Source of the DNA: Catajapyx aquilonaris
Taxonomy: Eukaryota
Assembly (NCBI GenBank): GCA_000934665.2
Contig: KZ537974.1
Location: 62,001 to 126,000 of the forward strand
Direction: 5' to 3'
Length of the DNA: 64,000 nt
Below the pieces are notes generated by a model. The model was not told the origin of the DNA. It did not search any database and was given only the letters and a program-made list of their open reading frames with translations. Each line of letters starts with the position of its first letter. Position 1 is the first letter of the stretch. Position numbers and translations under genes: made by a program. Positions 26,001 through 39,700 of this stretch are shown piece by piece.

Positions 26001-29000
26001 TGTACATCCAACAGCCCTCTCTGCCATCACTTGACTTCACCTGTATTTTCCCATATAGGGTTTCCAACCGAAGTCCACAATAATTGGAACTTTAATCAAA
26101 AGTTGAGACGCATCATTTGTGGCCCCACATTATGATGCATTCATTTGACAGGGCGTGGAACCGCGTCTAAAAAAAAGTTGGTATGAATGGACTGGATTTG
26201 CATCAAAGCTCCTGTTCATCAAATGCACATAGTTGGATTTAAAAACAACAAAAAAAAATCGCCGCTTGTAATGACCTGCTCTGAGCATGCTGCTTTTCAT
26301 GCGGTGAATTTGCGTGTATTGCGCTACGTAGCCGTTGGCGTGTACACAGATGCAGCTGCTAATGTGGACAATGAAGGATAATATGTTGACAATCTCAAAT
26401 AAAAAACATAGGCTAACTACATAAAAATTAGCTACCAACTCCGCTGTTATTCATAATGTAATTTTGTAGGACACGGAGCAATCTGGGTAGAAATAGCGCT
26501 GTAATGACCTGCTTTGATGGACAGGGGGGACAGTAGCACCTGAGAATAAGCCGCTTTTGTAGTCTGAAGGTGCTGGACAAGAGAAACTGGAAACATTTCA
26601 ACCCGTCCCCACCCACTCTGGCGAAATTGCCGAGGGCGAAACCGGCGTTTGATGTTCGCAAACTCATCTCGCCTTCGCAAATTGCATTGGGCCCAAACTG
26701 AATTATACCCGGGAAATCCGACAGGTTCTATAGGTTGCAGGCTGGATAGATGCTGGCCAGTAAATATGCCTCGCACCTTGTCGGATTTAATGCTTTAAAA
26801 AAATGGGTGCCCGCAATTTATATATTGGCTAGTGAAAACAGACGGTGTCGCATCAAAGTGCGGCATAGCGGTAACCATAAAAAGGCGGAAAAACGCAACA
26901 AAAAAGTGCGTGACCACTGGCGTCGGCTATAACTGGTGGAGTTAATTGCTAGCCATTACGAGTAGGCCCTGGATACATGATTTGCCTCTATGAACCACAT
27001 GTACAGACGGACCAGGCCACCAAATTTTGTTGTTAGTAATGATGTTATTAGTGTGCTTGGGAATTAATTTGCTGTATTCGCGGTAAATTGAGCGGAAAGT
27101 TCGCTTTGTGGGACCGGCTGACCGGAATGCACGCCCTTTATGAGCGCACTAAAAAATGGGTAATTGTTGCAGCCCTCCCCCCCAGGTTGCAGGGGTTGTC
27201 ACCAATCGCTGTCCAATTGGTCATCTTAATGCGGCCGCCGGCAGTAAATCCCTACCTGATTGTGTCCCTAAAATCGTGACCAGATTGTCCAAAAACCCGT
27301 ATTAATATTGCAATTAGATCCGGTCCTAAAAACCGCTGTCTCTAAACAAAGTTACGAACGTTCTTGAGCGGTTTAAAGGACGTGCACAGCTGGGAAACAA
27401 GTTAATTAAAGAAGAAGTGCAGGCCAGAGAGGACCCTCCGAATTTAGCGATCCAATCACGTAGAGGCTTGTGATTATTCTGTCGGCCGGCTTAAGTTAAG
27501 TCGGGCATAGATCGGGGGTAAAAAATGGTGGAAGCTCGTTTGCGCCCCCCCCTCTTCAGACGAATGGTGCACCAAATGAACTCCCAGAGATGCGGGGAAG
27601 TAGAAACCGGGGAGGAAACCACCACAAAATGCCCCCTCCACCCCCCAGATCCTTATCCGGATTTCCTTAACGACTACCACTCGTGCCCTTACCTTTTATC
27701 TCCACAACTCTTCATTTCCACCTTTGTTTCCCCAGCCGAAATGCCAATGCAAAAGGCGGAATGGGGTTCAACTCTGGGGCTTCCTTCAGATTGTATCTTC
27801 CCAGCTAAGGAATTGCTTTCTTGGAGGGGTAGGAGGAGGATGAGTGGGGGGAAAAAATTAGATAAGCCGAGATGTTAGAATGCAAAATAACTGAGGGAAT
27901 TTGCGGGCGAGTCTCATTTTCTGTGTGTCGTACAGGTGGTCGTGCCTTGAAGAAATTTTAGGGCGCAAACGTCGTGACACAATCGCATTTTCGCAAACAT
28001 CGTGATATTGTAAGCCGGAGACGTGCCGTGCGAGTTAGCTTTTCGGGAAGTTCCGCCGGAAAAATCCGCAGTTGTGCGTGCTCTCCGGACGTTTTCCGCT
28101 CCCAAAGTGGGCGCTAATGCGGCGCAGTTGATTAGGCCTATAGGCTTCTGCCCGGTCGTAAAGGCAAAAAAAGAGAGGAATGGACAATAGTCTGGTCCCA
28201 TCCTCACGTGTCGCTAATGCAGGTAACTCGCCTGACGTCACTTTGCTCTCCAAAAAGCAGACAGTCAGCTCAGAAGCTGCTCTATAATGGCCTCGTAAAC
28301 TCCTTCATTGCATCCAGCGTCACGCTCGCACGACTCCTACGGCTATATAATTTCATTATATCATCCCCCCCTTTCTCAGACTACAACAAGTGGTTGTTTT
28401 ACATGCACCTAGCCCCTTTTCCTCTAACCTACATAAGCCTGCCTGCAATATAGGGATGCTCAAAAATGCGGCAGTCTGCAGTTTTCTATGGTATCTTCTG
28501 CTTTTTTTTCATAATAAGCTCTGCTGGGAACTGGTTTTATTACGGATGGATAGCGCTGTACGCACCGGTGGTCGTTCGCTGGAATAATGATGACCACACG
28601 GATCCTGTCAGTACAGTGTACATATCCGCGGAAGAACCGGGGAGATCAAAAGAGATTTTGTGAGAGCCACAAAAGCAGTTTAAGCTTCACCAAGGATTTG
28701 GAACCGTCAGCATTTTTTTCCACCGAAAAATTGATTTTGGCTCGGTTTTCATACAGGTAAAAGTAATTAGTGCACACCAAAATGGGGTTGGTCAGCTGAC
28801 TACCTTATAGGTGACAAGCAACAGCCTTGTAGCGTTGACACCGGTATATCTATAGGAGGCAGGCTCCAAAGTGCGAAATCCGGGCAGATGTGCAATTCAT
28901 CAGTGCGGAAACATTGGCGCGCAATTAAGTCTGAGCTCGGAATGCAAAGGAGTTATTCCTCGGGAGTTTGCCGCAACTCCGGGATTAAAGGAGTGATACC

Positions 29001-32000
29001 GCAGACCAGGTAATAAACGACCCAGAATTAGAACCCAAACTTCTGGTATAAATCTGTCCTTTATATCGCGATTATAGCCTGAGCCAAAATGGAAGTTTGG
29101 GGCGTATGCGCACACACGCAAAAGAGTGAAGAGAACCTCTCTCTTGATGAATATTAGTCTCGCTTTTAACCGCTTTGCTCTCCCACGGTACTCATCTACG
29201 TAATGAGTTTTTCTTGGAGCTTTTTTTTCTGGGGGGATGGGGCCAAGAAGAGTGTCGCCACAACTGAGCCGTTCCATTACGGTTAGAAATGGGATAGAAT
29301 CCTGTTCTGCGGGGAAACAGGGCGTTAAAGTTATGCAGAACGTGCTTGGAAGGCATCGGACATTGACGTCTATGTCATTGGGGTGTAATATGGCAGGGTT
29401 GTATCATTTTTTGACGTATTTAATTTGTGAAAAACTGGGTTCGTTTTGATCCATAGATATGTTTATTCATGTGAGGCGGAATAAACTGTGGAATGACGCA
29501 TGTAACAGCCCCCTCTGGAATTTTCTTGCAGGGTACAGCATTAATGGGCCGCTATTTTCAAAATGGCGCCGGCACTTTGTAAGAGTAATTACACGCTTGT
29601 GCTGCTGGCGCCGGAATCATGCAATTTTTGCAAAGGCCCGTGATTGGAAGCGACGCGTCGGTTGAACGGCCTTGCATGCCGCTGGAAATTGCGGGCCTCT
29701 AAAGATATGTAAAAGAGAGAGTGCGGGGCGTATCTCCGGGGGCATTTATTGTTGAGTGCATCGTGTCCGCAAAATTTTTATTGCGGATCCGCAGTGGAAA
29801 AATTCGCGCGCACATATACACATGGCATGTGTCGGTCGAATGTGTTTGCGTGGAACTGTAAAGGCATGCATATCCCATTAATGGCTCGCTTGTGAAGTAT
29901 TATAATTATTCGGAGTGAGATTTATTGTTGATTATTAAATTTCCAACCGGGTGGATTACAACCCGTCCCATCCAGTGGTATTATGCGAGTGTCAGGTGGT
30001 CCAGATTTAGGATGCAATCCGGATCCGCTTTTCGCCCGCCAATTGTTGTGGACATGGAGGAGCGTTCAATTTGCATCGGTTTTTAACAGGCGACGGGTAT
30101 TAACATTATTCGAGCAATGTCTGAGGATAATTTGAGAGAGAATTTTTCGAATGTAGCTGTTGGGCACCATGGGAAAGGATGATTTGTGGCTCAGTTGGGA
30201 TAAAAGAGGAACGAAGACGGATGGGCACAAAAGTGGCCGTTGCGGATAAAATATGTCGGAACCTGTTGGGTCCGGCAGTGGTAATAAAATTTCTGGTGCG
30301 CGATCTCGGGCGTTCCAAACGCCCCCAGTCGCACTATTCTATTTTTTTTTTCTTTTGAAAGCTGAAAAGAGCTGGAATACTAGAAAATGGTGGCCTTGTG
30401 ATGAAGGATGAGCCCCCCTCATGGACTGAAGGGTTTAATATCGCATGAAAAATTAGGCATTATCTGCTTGATCAAGCCCACTGCTCCTCCCGGGCCACTT
30501 CGAAAAGATGGATGGTACTTGGGGTGTCTCTGCCCCACTCTCTTTTCATGCAAGAGATGTATTGTGACCTGGATGCATGCAATGGGGGGATTCGGACACC
30601 CCCCAGACACATATATCAACCGGGCTTGTCCAACCTTGTACTGTGAAACACTTTCTGCAGGTGGAATTTCGTTTCGCGTGATTCCATTCCATGTTGCGAA
30701 ATTGAGCTCAGGATGTGATTTCTCTTGGGAGTTTTGCAGACAGCCTGCAGGGAAAGGTAGGGACTGATATTAAGACGAGGCCGGTTTTTTTTCCAGGACT
30801 CGTCTTTGAATATCAACAGTTAATATTAGGTCGTGTTTTCATTTCTCGTTGCCTGAAGACATTGAATCATCTACATGCATAGCGTGGGATGTGATGTGCG
30901 CTGTCGGATGATGTTTTGCTGATTTTGCTGTATTATCGCTCGGGACACTGCGAGGGCTACTGGCCTCTGGTTTACTGGTTGCTGTCAGTGACGCTTTTTT
31001 CAGAAAAGTTCTCGCTTGTTTCCAACTCCCAAAGAGGACAGAAACTTCGTGCGAGTGACAGTTAGCAAGCCCAGTGGTGTATGACTAGAAAGTTGCGATG
31101 GTCTTTTTGATACTGGCTGGACGCAAGCCATTTTTAGCTGCCAAAAAATTGGCATAGGTCTGTTCAGGGTGTCTCCGAAAGGAATCCGTGCAGTTATGTC
31201 AGAAGGCTTTATAAGTGAACAATGCATTTATCGGTGCGTCAGTTTTGTAGCTGAAAGCACTTTGCCGCTTGGCCTGGAAAGGTTTTAAAGGAATCCTTTT
31301 TTGGAGTACCTGCATTATAGTTTTTTGTCATATTATAATATTTCAGTATTGATATAATTTAGTCGCTGCCACTGTTGTCACATCAGTAACATGCATATGC
31401 AGATTAGTTTTTGAACCCAATGCACGAATTTAATATCGCCGACTTTGAGCCCAGTAATAATGATTTATTCAGGAACACACCTGAAGTGCAAAAACTAATT
31501 ATGTAAGCTTACCTCTCCTTTTAGAGTACGTGATGAAAAAAATTCCTCTGATAATGAAAGGACGTGAAAAGGGTTCTGCGCCATATGGATATATGTCAGC
31601 AGTGATTTTTCCTCCCCACACATATATAGAGCCGACTTCCGACGGGGAATGGAAAGGATGATGGATGCTTGTGGGCTTGTGGAAAGGGAGGGTGAGGGGT
31701 ACGGGTTAGACTCGAGGACAAAGACTTGAAAGCCTGAATCAGGCCTTGAATGGGCTCCAATCAAGTGCGGAGAGAGAACTTTTCTAGCCAGCCTGAGACA
31801 TGGCTGCCGTCAGCTCTCGAAATGACACCCGTTTCATTGGGTGGAAAAGGGAATTAAAATGCGAGGAAAGAGGAGGAGGTGGTAAGAAATTCAATATGAG
31901 GTTGATACCGAGTCGAAGAAGAAGACTCCTTACGTCATCTTTTGTGAAGGAAATGAGAGGAAGACAGGATCCGACCTTTTTTTTCCCACTGAGTGTGACA

Positions 32001-33730
32001 GCTGCCTAGATTTTCTAAGGGAAGCTTTTCAGGTTCTCGCCTTTTTTCTGTGTTCCGCAGCTCTTGTTTCTGCTTATCCTTGGTTTCTGGTCTGAAACAA
32101 TGGCGTTATATATTACACGCCTTCCGATGTCGCAGGAGGCAATTTTGACTGATGGATTCTGGCTTTTAGGGGCAATCCAGTTATTTAGTGCCCATTATGT
32201 GGAGCGAAAATTTCGGTAGACCCGAATCAATTGTAACAAGGGATAGTAACAAGAGTTTTCATATCTGGGTGAGCTCAGTGTTGTTAATTACCAGACCGCA
32301 TACAATGGTCATCACATGTGTTACGTACACAGCCTATGAAAGGTACCGTAGTAATTTGTATATGTCAAAAGTGCTAAGAGAACAGGTGCAGCTAGAAGGC
32401 ATATTTATTTAGATATTTGTTTGCCAAGCGCCCGTTTATACAGTTTTACATTGCCAGAATGTATACGCAACATTTAATAACGGGCACAGTCAACATTTTG
32501 CTTTTGCAGAGTGGAAGCCTCATGCTTGTTATGTAACGCAATATACAAAATTGCTGTTGTTATGCACCTGATTTTTTGATACTTTCGTGGTGGGCTGACT
32601 GCAATGCAGCCGTTACTTCCATGGACTTTAAGGGCACCTATTGCATCATTTCTTCTAACAGAATGTAGGACAGTTTAAATGCAGCCAGTCCCCGACTTAC
32701 GTAGCTCCGGCATACGTATTTTAAAAATCGACACACATTTATGCTAGCTTATGCATTCCTGGATAATATCACATACAATATGTTCAGTGCCTTTAACAAT
32801 TCTGAGCCATTATTTTCACATTGAGCCGTCTGCTAAGTTTCCAAGACTTTCGTAAATTGCCTCGCCTTTTCACCTGCGTTACATGCGCTTCTTTTTAATA
32901 ATTTAAAAGAGGAGGAGAAAAAGGTGAAGAGATATTGATCAGCAAGCTTCTGACAGTCCATTCATCCCGGAGGCCTCCTGATGTCAAATTTAATTCCGGG
33001 TTATGAAGAGCAGATCCACCTTTCTTTAATGAGATCCGGCGAGAGAACTTTTCCGATTTGTTAACTACGCCATATTTTCGTCCCTTAAAAAAAGTGGGAA
33101 CTTAATTATTTCTTCCTAAATGAATTTGCAGACACATTGATTTTTGCACATGGCTAGTCTTAAAAATGCGAACTCTGCGGGCTCTCCCTATACCTATTCC
33201 CCTCTGGCCATCCACTCCGAACTAGATTACAGTTGCCTAGAAGCCTACATCGTCAAAGGAACACTCAGGTAACCCTTTTACCCTACTTTTCATCCCTCTT
33301 TATGTGGCGATAGAGGAAATAGAGTTGGAGCATAGCTTTTTAGGATCGGGCGAGTTATATTCTGGAGCAAGTTCGTATGCACAAAATCTATACGATATGC
33401 ATTCATAGCGTGATGACAGACGAAGAACATGTTATTTGATTCTAGGAGCTGCAAGCTGGGGGAAGTAATCTAGTGTAGCGAAAGGGTTTCTGTATGGTGC
33501 TGGGTGGGTGGCGGGGAAGTAAAATAAACGATATTAAAAGTGTAGCAGAAATTTCCCAACTCCATTGCGCTTGAATAAACAGGGGCGTTGTTTTTCAAGA
33601 GTACCCCGCTTCATGTTATCGAAATTTGAAATGTAAAGCGAGCAGCCCCCACCCCCAGGCGGCTTTGTTTTCCCCAAAAACACCGTTCTCACCTCCGTGG
33701 CGCCATATTATGCACATAATCTGATGCCCC

Positions 33731-33740
33731 NNNNNNNNNN
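33731..33740. other. Assembly gap (N10) between a C run and an A run
   Basis: cccc-nnnnnnnnnn-aaaaaaaaa; true gap length unknown. Confidence 0.97.
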
Positions 33741-36700
33741 AAAAAAAAAGTACGTGCTGAAATTGCGCAAGTGTGATTTCGGGGTTAGTCATCTTCGATT
33801 TAAGTTATGGGACTTGTCGGTCCTGTGCTTTTGGGCTCTTTTTCGGGCCATGTTATGTGGCGGTCTCAAAACGCTGATAGGAGGATAAATATCAGCGTTT
33901 AGCGCAGGATGTGATGTACAGTGCAAACTTTGAGCGCAGCCATCTCGTTACCGCTTGTTGACTCTGGAGCCAAGAGTTTTCTAATTGAGGGCGAAGAATA
34001 AATTAGGCTAGAGAGGTATGGAGATAATCATAGGTAACAAGCACCAACCATGTCAGTCATGGTGTTCGTGAGGTGGAATAAAATATACCGCGCTATAATA
34101 ATTGGACGATTTGAATGCGCTATTTTTCATTTGCACGGGTAATTCCCGCCGGCAGACAGCGGGAAAGTAATCCTGTTTGGTGAGTTGTTTAGGAAATTGA
34201 AATGGATTGCTTGTCATAAAATAGCATTTTTGGGGCGGAGCTCATGCCGAATGAGCTTTTAAGTACTTGAGTCGGAGAGATTTCACGTGATGCAGTTGCA
34301 CGAGAGGGGAGGATTGGACAACATTGGGTTTTTTTGCATGAGGTAATATGTGGATTCCATGCCCATTTTATGGAGTAAGAAAGATACTGAAAAGAGGATT
34401 TGTGGGATTAAAATGACGGGTTATTGTGTGGCAGAAGATTGTTGGCGGTGGTGTCCACACCTGGGGACCATAGTGGATCAGTCACATTTGGATTGCTTGA
34501 AATTGTGTTACGCTATGTATGGGCGAACACCAATATCATGTCTCTATAAATAATTCTCTTGCATGAGGGCTGGATGAGTTAGTACAATACGACAGAAGGT
34601 GTAGTGCATCAGAGACTGCATAATGTTTATATTGTTTTAATCGCCTCATCAAGCGTGCAAAAATGGGTTTCATTGTGGGAAAGTAAATTATTATTCAGAA
34701 CTAATAATAATTTACTAATGGCCCCAACTTTGTGTGCTGAGGGTTGCATAATAATGCGCAACGATACAGTATTATATGTTAATTATCAACTACTCGATAG
34801 GAATTAAAAATTGCTCATTTACCGCTTTTAACCACAACTGTCAGTATAATTGCAATATTAATTTTGGTATTAAGTACATTGGTAATAATTATTATGCAGT
34901 TCGATTATTATAAATGGATGTAATATTACTCGCCTATTTCATTGGCAGACACATAAAACATTTTGGCAAAGAGCCATGAAGCATGACAGGGTATGCAACC
35001 ATGTTTTTATATACTACGTACGGTATATATTGAAAGAGCTAGTCTACATACGTAGGAAAATTACTGTACTTTGGTTACATCTGCAGATATGCAAAACACC
35101 TTTCGTGAAATTTATTTTGGCGAATAATATTGCAGGCACAGGCGGCTCGAAAATTGCGAAGCTTTGCGGAGCTGATTTTTTCACAATGAGAAGGCTCTAA
35201 AAAGCTTTTCTAAATGGTCCTATTATATGTATTTTTTTCTGTCTAAGCCTGCATATACTGCTTTGTACATTACAGCCATACGTGTCAGGCAGAGGAAGCG
35301 TAATGCAAACTGTAATAGTCTCAAGCTCCCGTATAAGTGAAATATAATTTGCACAAATAGACTAACAAAAAGTCAACAGCGAGATTCACAACTGAGAGTG
35401 ATTCTCTGAGGTTGAAAACATGTGTTGCCCGAATCGGAGAGTGTCTATGCAAACAAGTTTATCCCTATTAATCCAGGTGCGCATCAGGAGGCAAAACAAC
35501 CGTACCCAAGTAGAATCCTCAAAATTTTCCACCGCCGGGAAGCGCAAAACAGACGCTAAAGTAATGAAAGAGGCGGGTGTAATCTGTGATGCGACACTCT
35601 ATGAATTTTGACCATGCCGCTGTTAATCGGGTAAACAATTTTGAATCAATTTTCCAGCGGCCAAATAAAACTATCTCCCGCCCGCCTACACATATGACTG
35701 CAATTTCAGCGTTTGCAAAACACGGCTTACCGTAATCCAAAATATGCTCCATGGTACATGATCCCACATTTGTTGTGGTTGGTCCAGCATTCCTCTCGCA
35801 CCACAACGCTGAGTAGTTGCAATGCGCAATACAGCTGGCGCCATAATAATGTATAGCTCGAACTGTAGGGTTATGTCAAGATTGAACCCAGCCAGTGAAG
35901 CGTGTCCTAATCATCTGGCAGTCAATTAAGCCTTTCGCATTTTGGCCCCAGCCAATGATGGCCCCTGTAATCTGGCCTTGGGGGGCGACTATCGCTCATT
36001 CCTATCTCTCATTCCCAGATCCCCGCCTAATGATCCGTGAAAGCAAATCTGATTTTAAAGCCATTTAAATTCCCATCAACGGTCTTGTTTCGCCCCGCCA
36101 TTTTTGAGCACCATTCCAGGCCATCTTTTTTGGCTGTAATTCCCGGCACACTAATAAGGTCAATCTAGAAAAATTCCTGTGGGCTTGTGTTGAAGACCCC
36201 CACAGATTATCAGTGTTGGTGCGTTGAAGTGTTGATTAGATAGGCGATGTGGACAAAGAGGGACGGTGTGAGGTAGAGGGCCTTGGGGAGACAGCGCATC
36301 TCTTTGTGAAGCCGCCATAAAAGGGAACCAACTCTGAAAAGCAGACCTTCCGGGAGCATTCGAGCCAAACCCATTTCCAGCAGGCACAGTCACAGAGAGT
36401 TTCGTCAGAAAGAGAGTTACAAAAAAAAAAAATGCCCAATATGCATGGTGTAATTGTGTGCAAAAGCTGCTTCGTATTCGGTGGAGAGAAAGAAGAGGCG
36501 TATAGAGGTAATGACATAATTGGGAGTCAAATTAGGCTTCTGTGCAGAAAAAAAAGTGGGTATGCAGAGTGACTGGGAGCTCATGTACGCGGTCGAAAAT
36601 TCATGAATTTTTTTTTGTAGGGTCACAGGTAGGCAGCTCTGGGGAACTCGGTCTCACTGGAGGATATGCCCTCGCTTTTATATATAAAAATGCCTATTAA

Positions 36701-39700
36701 AACTTTTAGTTTGTGATGTACAAACAGGAGCAACTTTAGCGAGTAGGAACTCGATTTGCTAAAGTTGAGTGCGGTTCACACACCGCGACGATGCTTATAA
36801 ACCATGGAAGCTTTAGCGTTAGGGTTGGTGTAGTATTGATGCACATATTTTGAGCTATGTTAAAAATTGAAGATAAAAGAGGATTAGGTGGTGGATACGA
36901 TGTGATATGTTTCAGTGAATTTTAATAGTGGGATTCACACTCGGTGCCTTTGTATAGAATTTTTTTCATTAGGCCTATATATTTTACGCTTTACAGTTTA
37001 CACGCTGGACCTATTTTATGCGGCCGAGGTAGAAAAATCAGGGCACGGTTCCTGGTTCGTAGAGAGACCTTTCATGCATAACTGCAAACATAATATAACT
37101 AACCATGGTAGACGACTTGCATGTAACATGATTTAACCTGGAAATACAGGTCCATTAGAAACAACTGCCCTGCATAAGCTTGCAGGTGTAACCGAGTGTG
37201 CTGAGATATCTATACGTTATAGGGAAAAGTGACCTGACCCGGGGAAAAACCCCCTGCAAAATGAAGCAAATAATTGCCTAATTGTCGGAGCTATAATTAA
37301 CTGTTTATTCCGCCACTTTTGTCTTTAAGAATTTTCATGTTGATTACGTTACGGCAAGAGTATTGACCTCACGCACCACCAGTCTATCCAGATAGATAGC
37401 CTGCAGCTGCGATAGACCGGTGGACGATATCATATGCAGCAATCCCAGAGTTATAGGTCTGGCATATATGCTGATGCTATTGTTTCCCCCGTTATCAGAT
37501 CAGTTTTTTCCCCCCAGAGCAGGACCGGCCTTCCGGGTCTCGTGTGCATGTGGGGAAATTTCCTATTCAGCATGTCCGCCCCACTCTTTTTTGACGATCT
37601 GACCAAAATCAAGTCCGGTGGCAGTTGTTAAAGCGAGCAGGGTCGTTCCTACAGTCATCCGGGCTTAGGAGAATGGCTGATGTTCCTGCAATGATGGGGA
37701 CATTCTCACGTGAAGGCAACCGCTTCTAAAGTTCACCTAAAAGAAGCGGCTCTCGGAACATAATACTGAAGTGACAAGCGCATATGTATATGACCATTTG
37801 CGCAGGTTAATGACTTGATCCGCCTACCCAACCCAGAATGTATTTCAATTTGCACGCAGCAGGGTATTTGTGCATTTAGGGATTACGCGTTTTCATCTGA
37901 TCCGTGAGCTACAAATGACTGGTCAAATCACCGATGCAGCATGGTGGAAGTGATCCGCCGCGATCCGTGATGGCAGTTCGAATAGCTGTCGTGTGTTGAC
38001 GGGCCGCGCCCACCATTAAATTGGACGGAACCTATTGGCTTAAGAGCCTTGTCCAGATTTATAGCCAAATCAGTCGCATGTCCTTTAAAAAGTAAAACCA
38101 ACGAAAAACTTACAGCCAATAGGGACAAAAGTGCAGTGGACCGGAATTGTTTTTTTTTCATTTACATTTGCAAGTGGAGTGTACCTGTTAATGAAGGTAC
38201 AGACTCTTTGTGTGGTCCAGGATGAAATTATTGCCGCTCATTAAACAATCGATTGTCAGCGTGAAGCTGGGAGGAAGTGTTGATTTGGTATCGGAGTCAC
38301 CTTCCATGGGGGCGAGGATTGGTGTCGGTTGCGAGACAATCAGAGAATAGCAGTCGATCTGCATCCAGCCGGATGCATTTTGGATGGCTGGTGCTGGGGA
38401 GGATGCTGCTTTTGTGGGTCGTGCCAGCTGGAAACACGATCGCGGAGGGAACTGTTACCCCTCCTTTTTTTGTGCAACTACGGCGCCGGCTGGCCGTTCG
38501 CCGAATTAATATTAACAAGATGGGACTCCACATTGCGCGGCCCTGACGATAATTGCCAATTCCTGTCCGAGGCGGTTCCAGAATGGGAACTGGTTCTAAG
38601 ACGCAAGGCTCCTGTCGTCTCAAGGATAATTCAGGCCCGGAATGTGCAGGACAGGTGTGTGGGCCCGGGTTATTCCTCGAACATGTGATTTATGGCAGGT
38701 TGACAGGGTTCGTCTCCATTCTGCTCCCTCCATTTGTCTTGTTCAGCACAGTGGTCCTGGGTAGAATGTTGATCGATGGCGAACTGCGTGTTGCAGCTGC
38801 AGAATAGAGCTTCCAATTGGAGAACCCCCCCAAGTCAGGCTCATTTTTTTTTCGCGAATGCCAGAAAAGTGAATGGCGGTGTACTAAGCACGATGCACAC
38901 AACGAAACGTCATAATTTTATAACCGGTACCGGTATGTTTCTGTTTCGCCTTTGTGCACACCAGCATTCCGGGAGTGGGGATAGGATTTATATAGTGTTG
39001 GGATGGATCAGGTTGTATCGGGGGGCGATTAGGTATTGCGAATCCTGGGGAAAATGGGGGGTGGTGTTGCTCGGCGTGGACGTAACAGGATTATGGGGGT
39101 TGCTGGGGAGATAAATTTGGGCCTTGGGATGCAGGTTTTGCACTCTCCTGTAGTGCTCATTACCGATGGGGTCCTAATACCGTTTCGATCTGCATTTTGC
39201 GTTTGCGGCAAAGACACTTTCCATTGCTTTGTAGTCTGGGATGGATCGATTTTCTGATGCGTTTGGGGGAATGGGGAATTATTTAGATAGAGATGTGTTT
39301 CGCCGGTTCTGGCGAGTTGGAAAAATATCCGGTAGCTGGTGTGAACACATGCGTACAGTATCAAAATACTGTGGGTTGCGTTGCACCTGAATTACTAATT
39401 AGTGCCGAGCAAATATACTTCGCTTTGAGAATAAGTATAGAGTTGTGGAAAAATAGCTTATATATTGTGTACTGTTTTAAGTACTGTACTTCACAGTTTG
39501 GCGATCACGTGCAAATACCCGCTAATACATGAGACGACACAATAACACTATATGTTTCATACTTGAATTACCTGGATTGGCTGAATGTAATGTACAGTAC
39601 AGATCCGCATTTTTGAACAAATTGTAATGGCCGTTGGGCACAGGAAATGTTGCAATGGAGGCAACTGATGAAGTGATGCAAAGATTAGTTTCATATGCTG

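Noticed and set aside
27373..38088. TTAAAGGACGTGC ... GCATGTCCTTTAA as paired Kolobok-like terminal inverted repeats about 10.7 kb apart
   Set aside because: Only a 12/13-nt match, no transposase inside, and similar TTAAAGG words occur elsewhere in the window.
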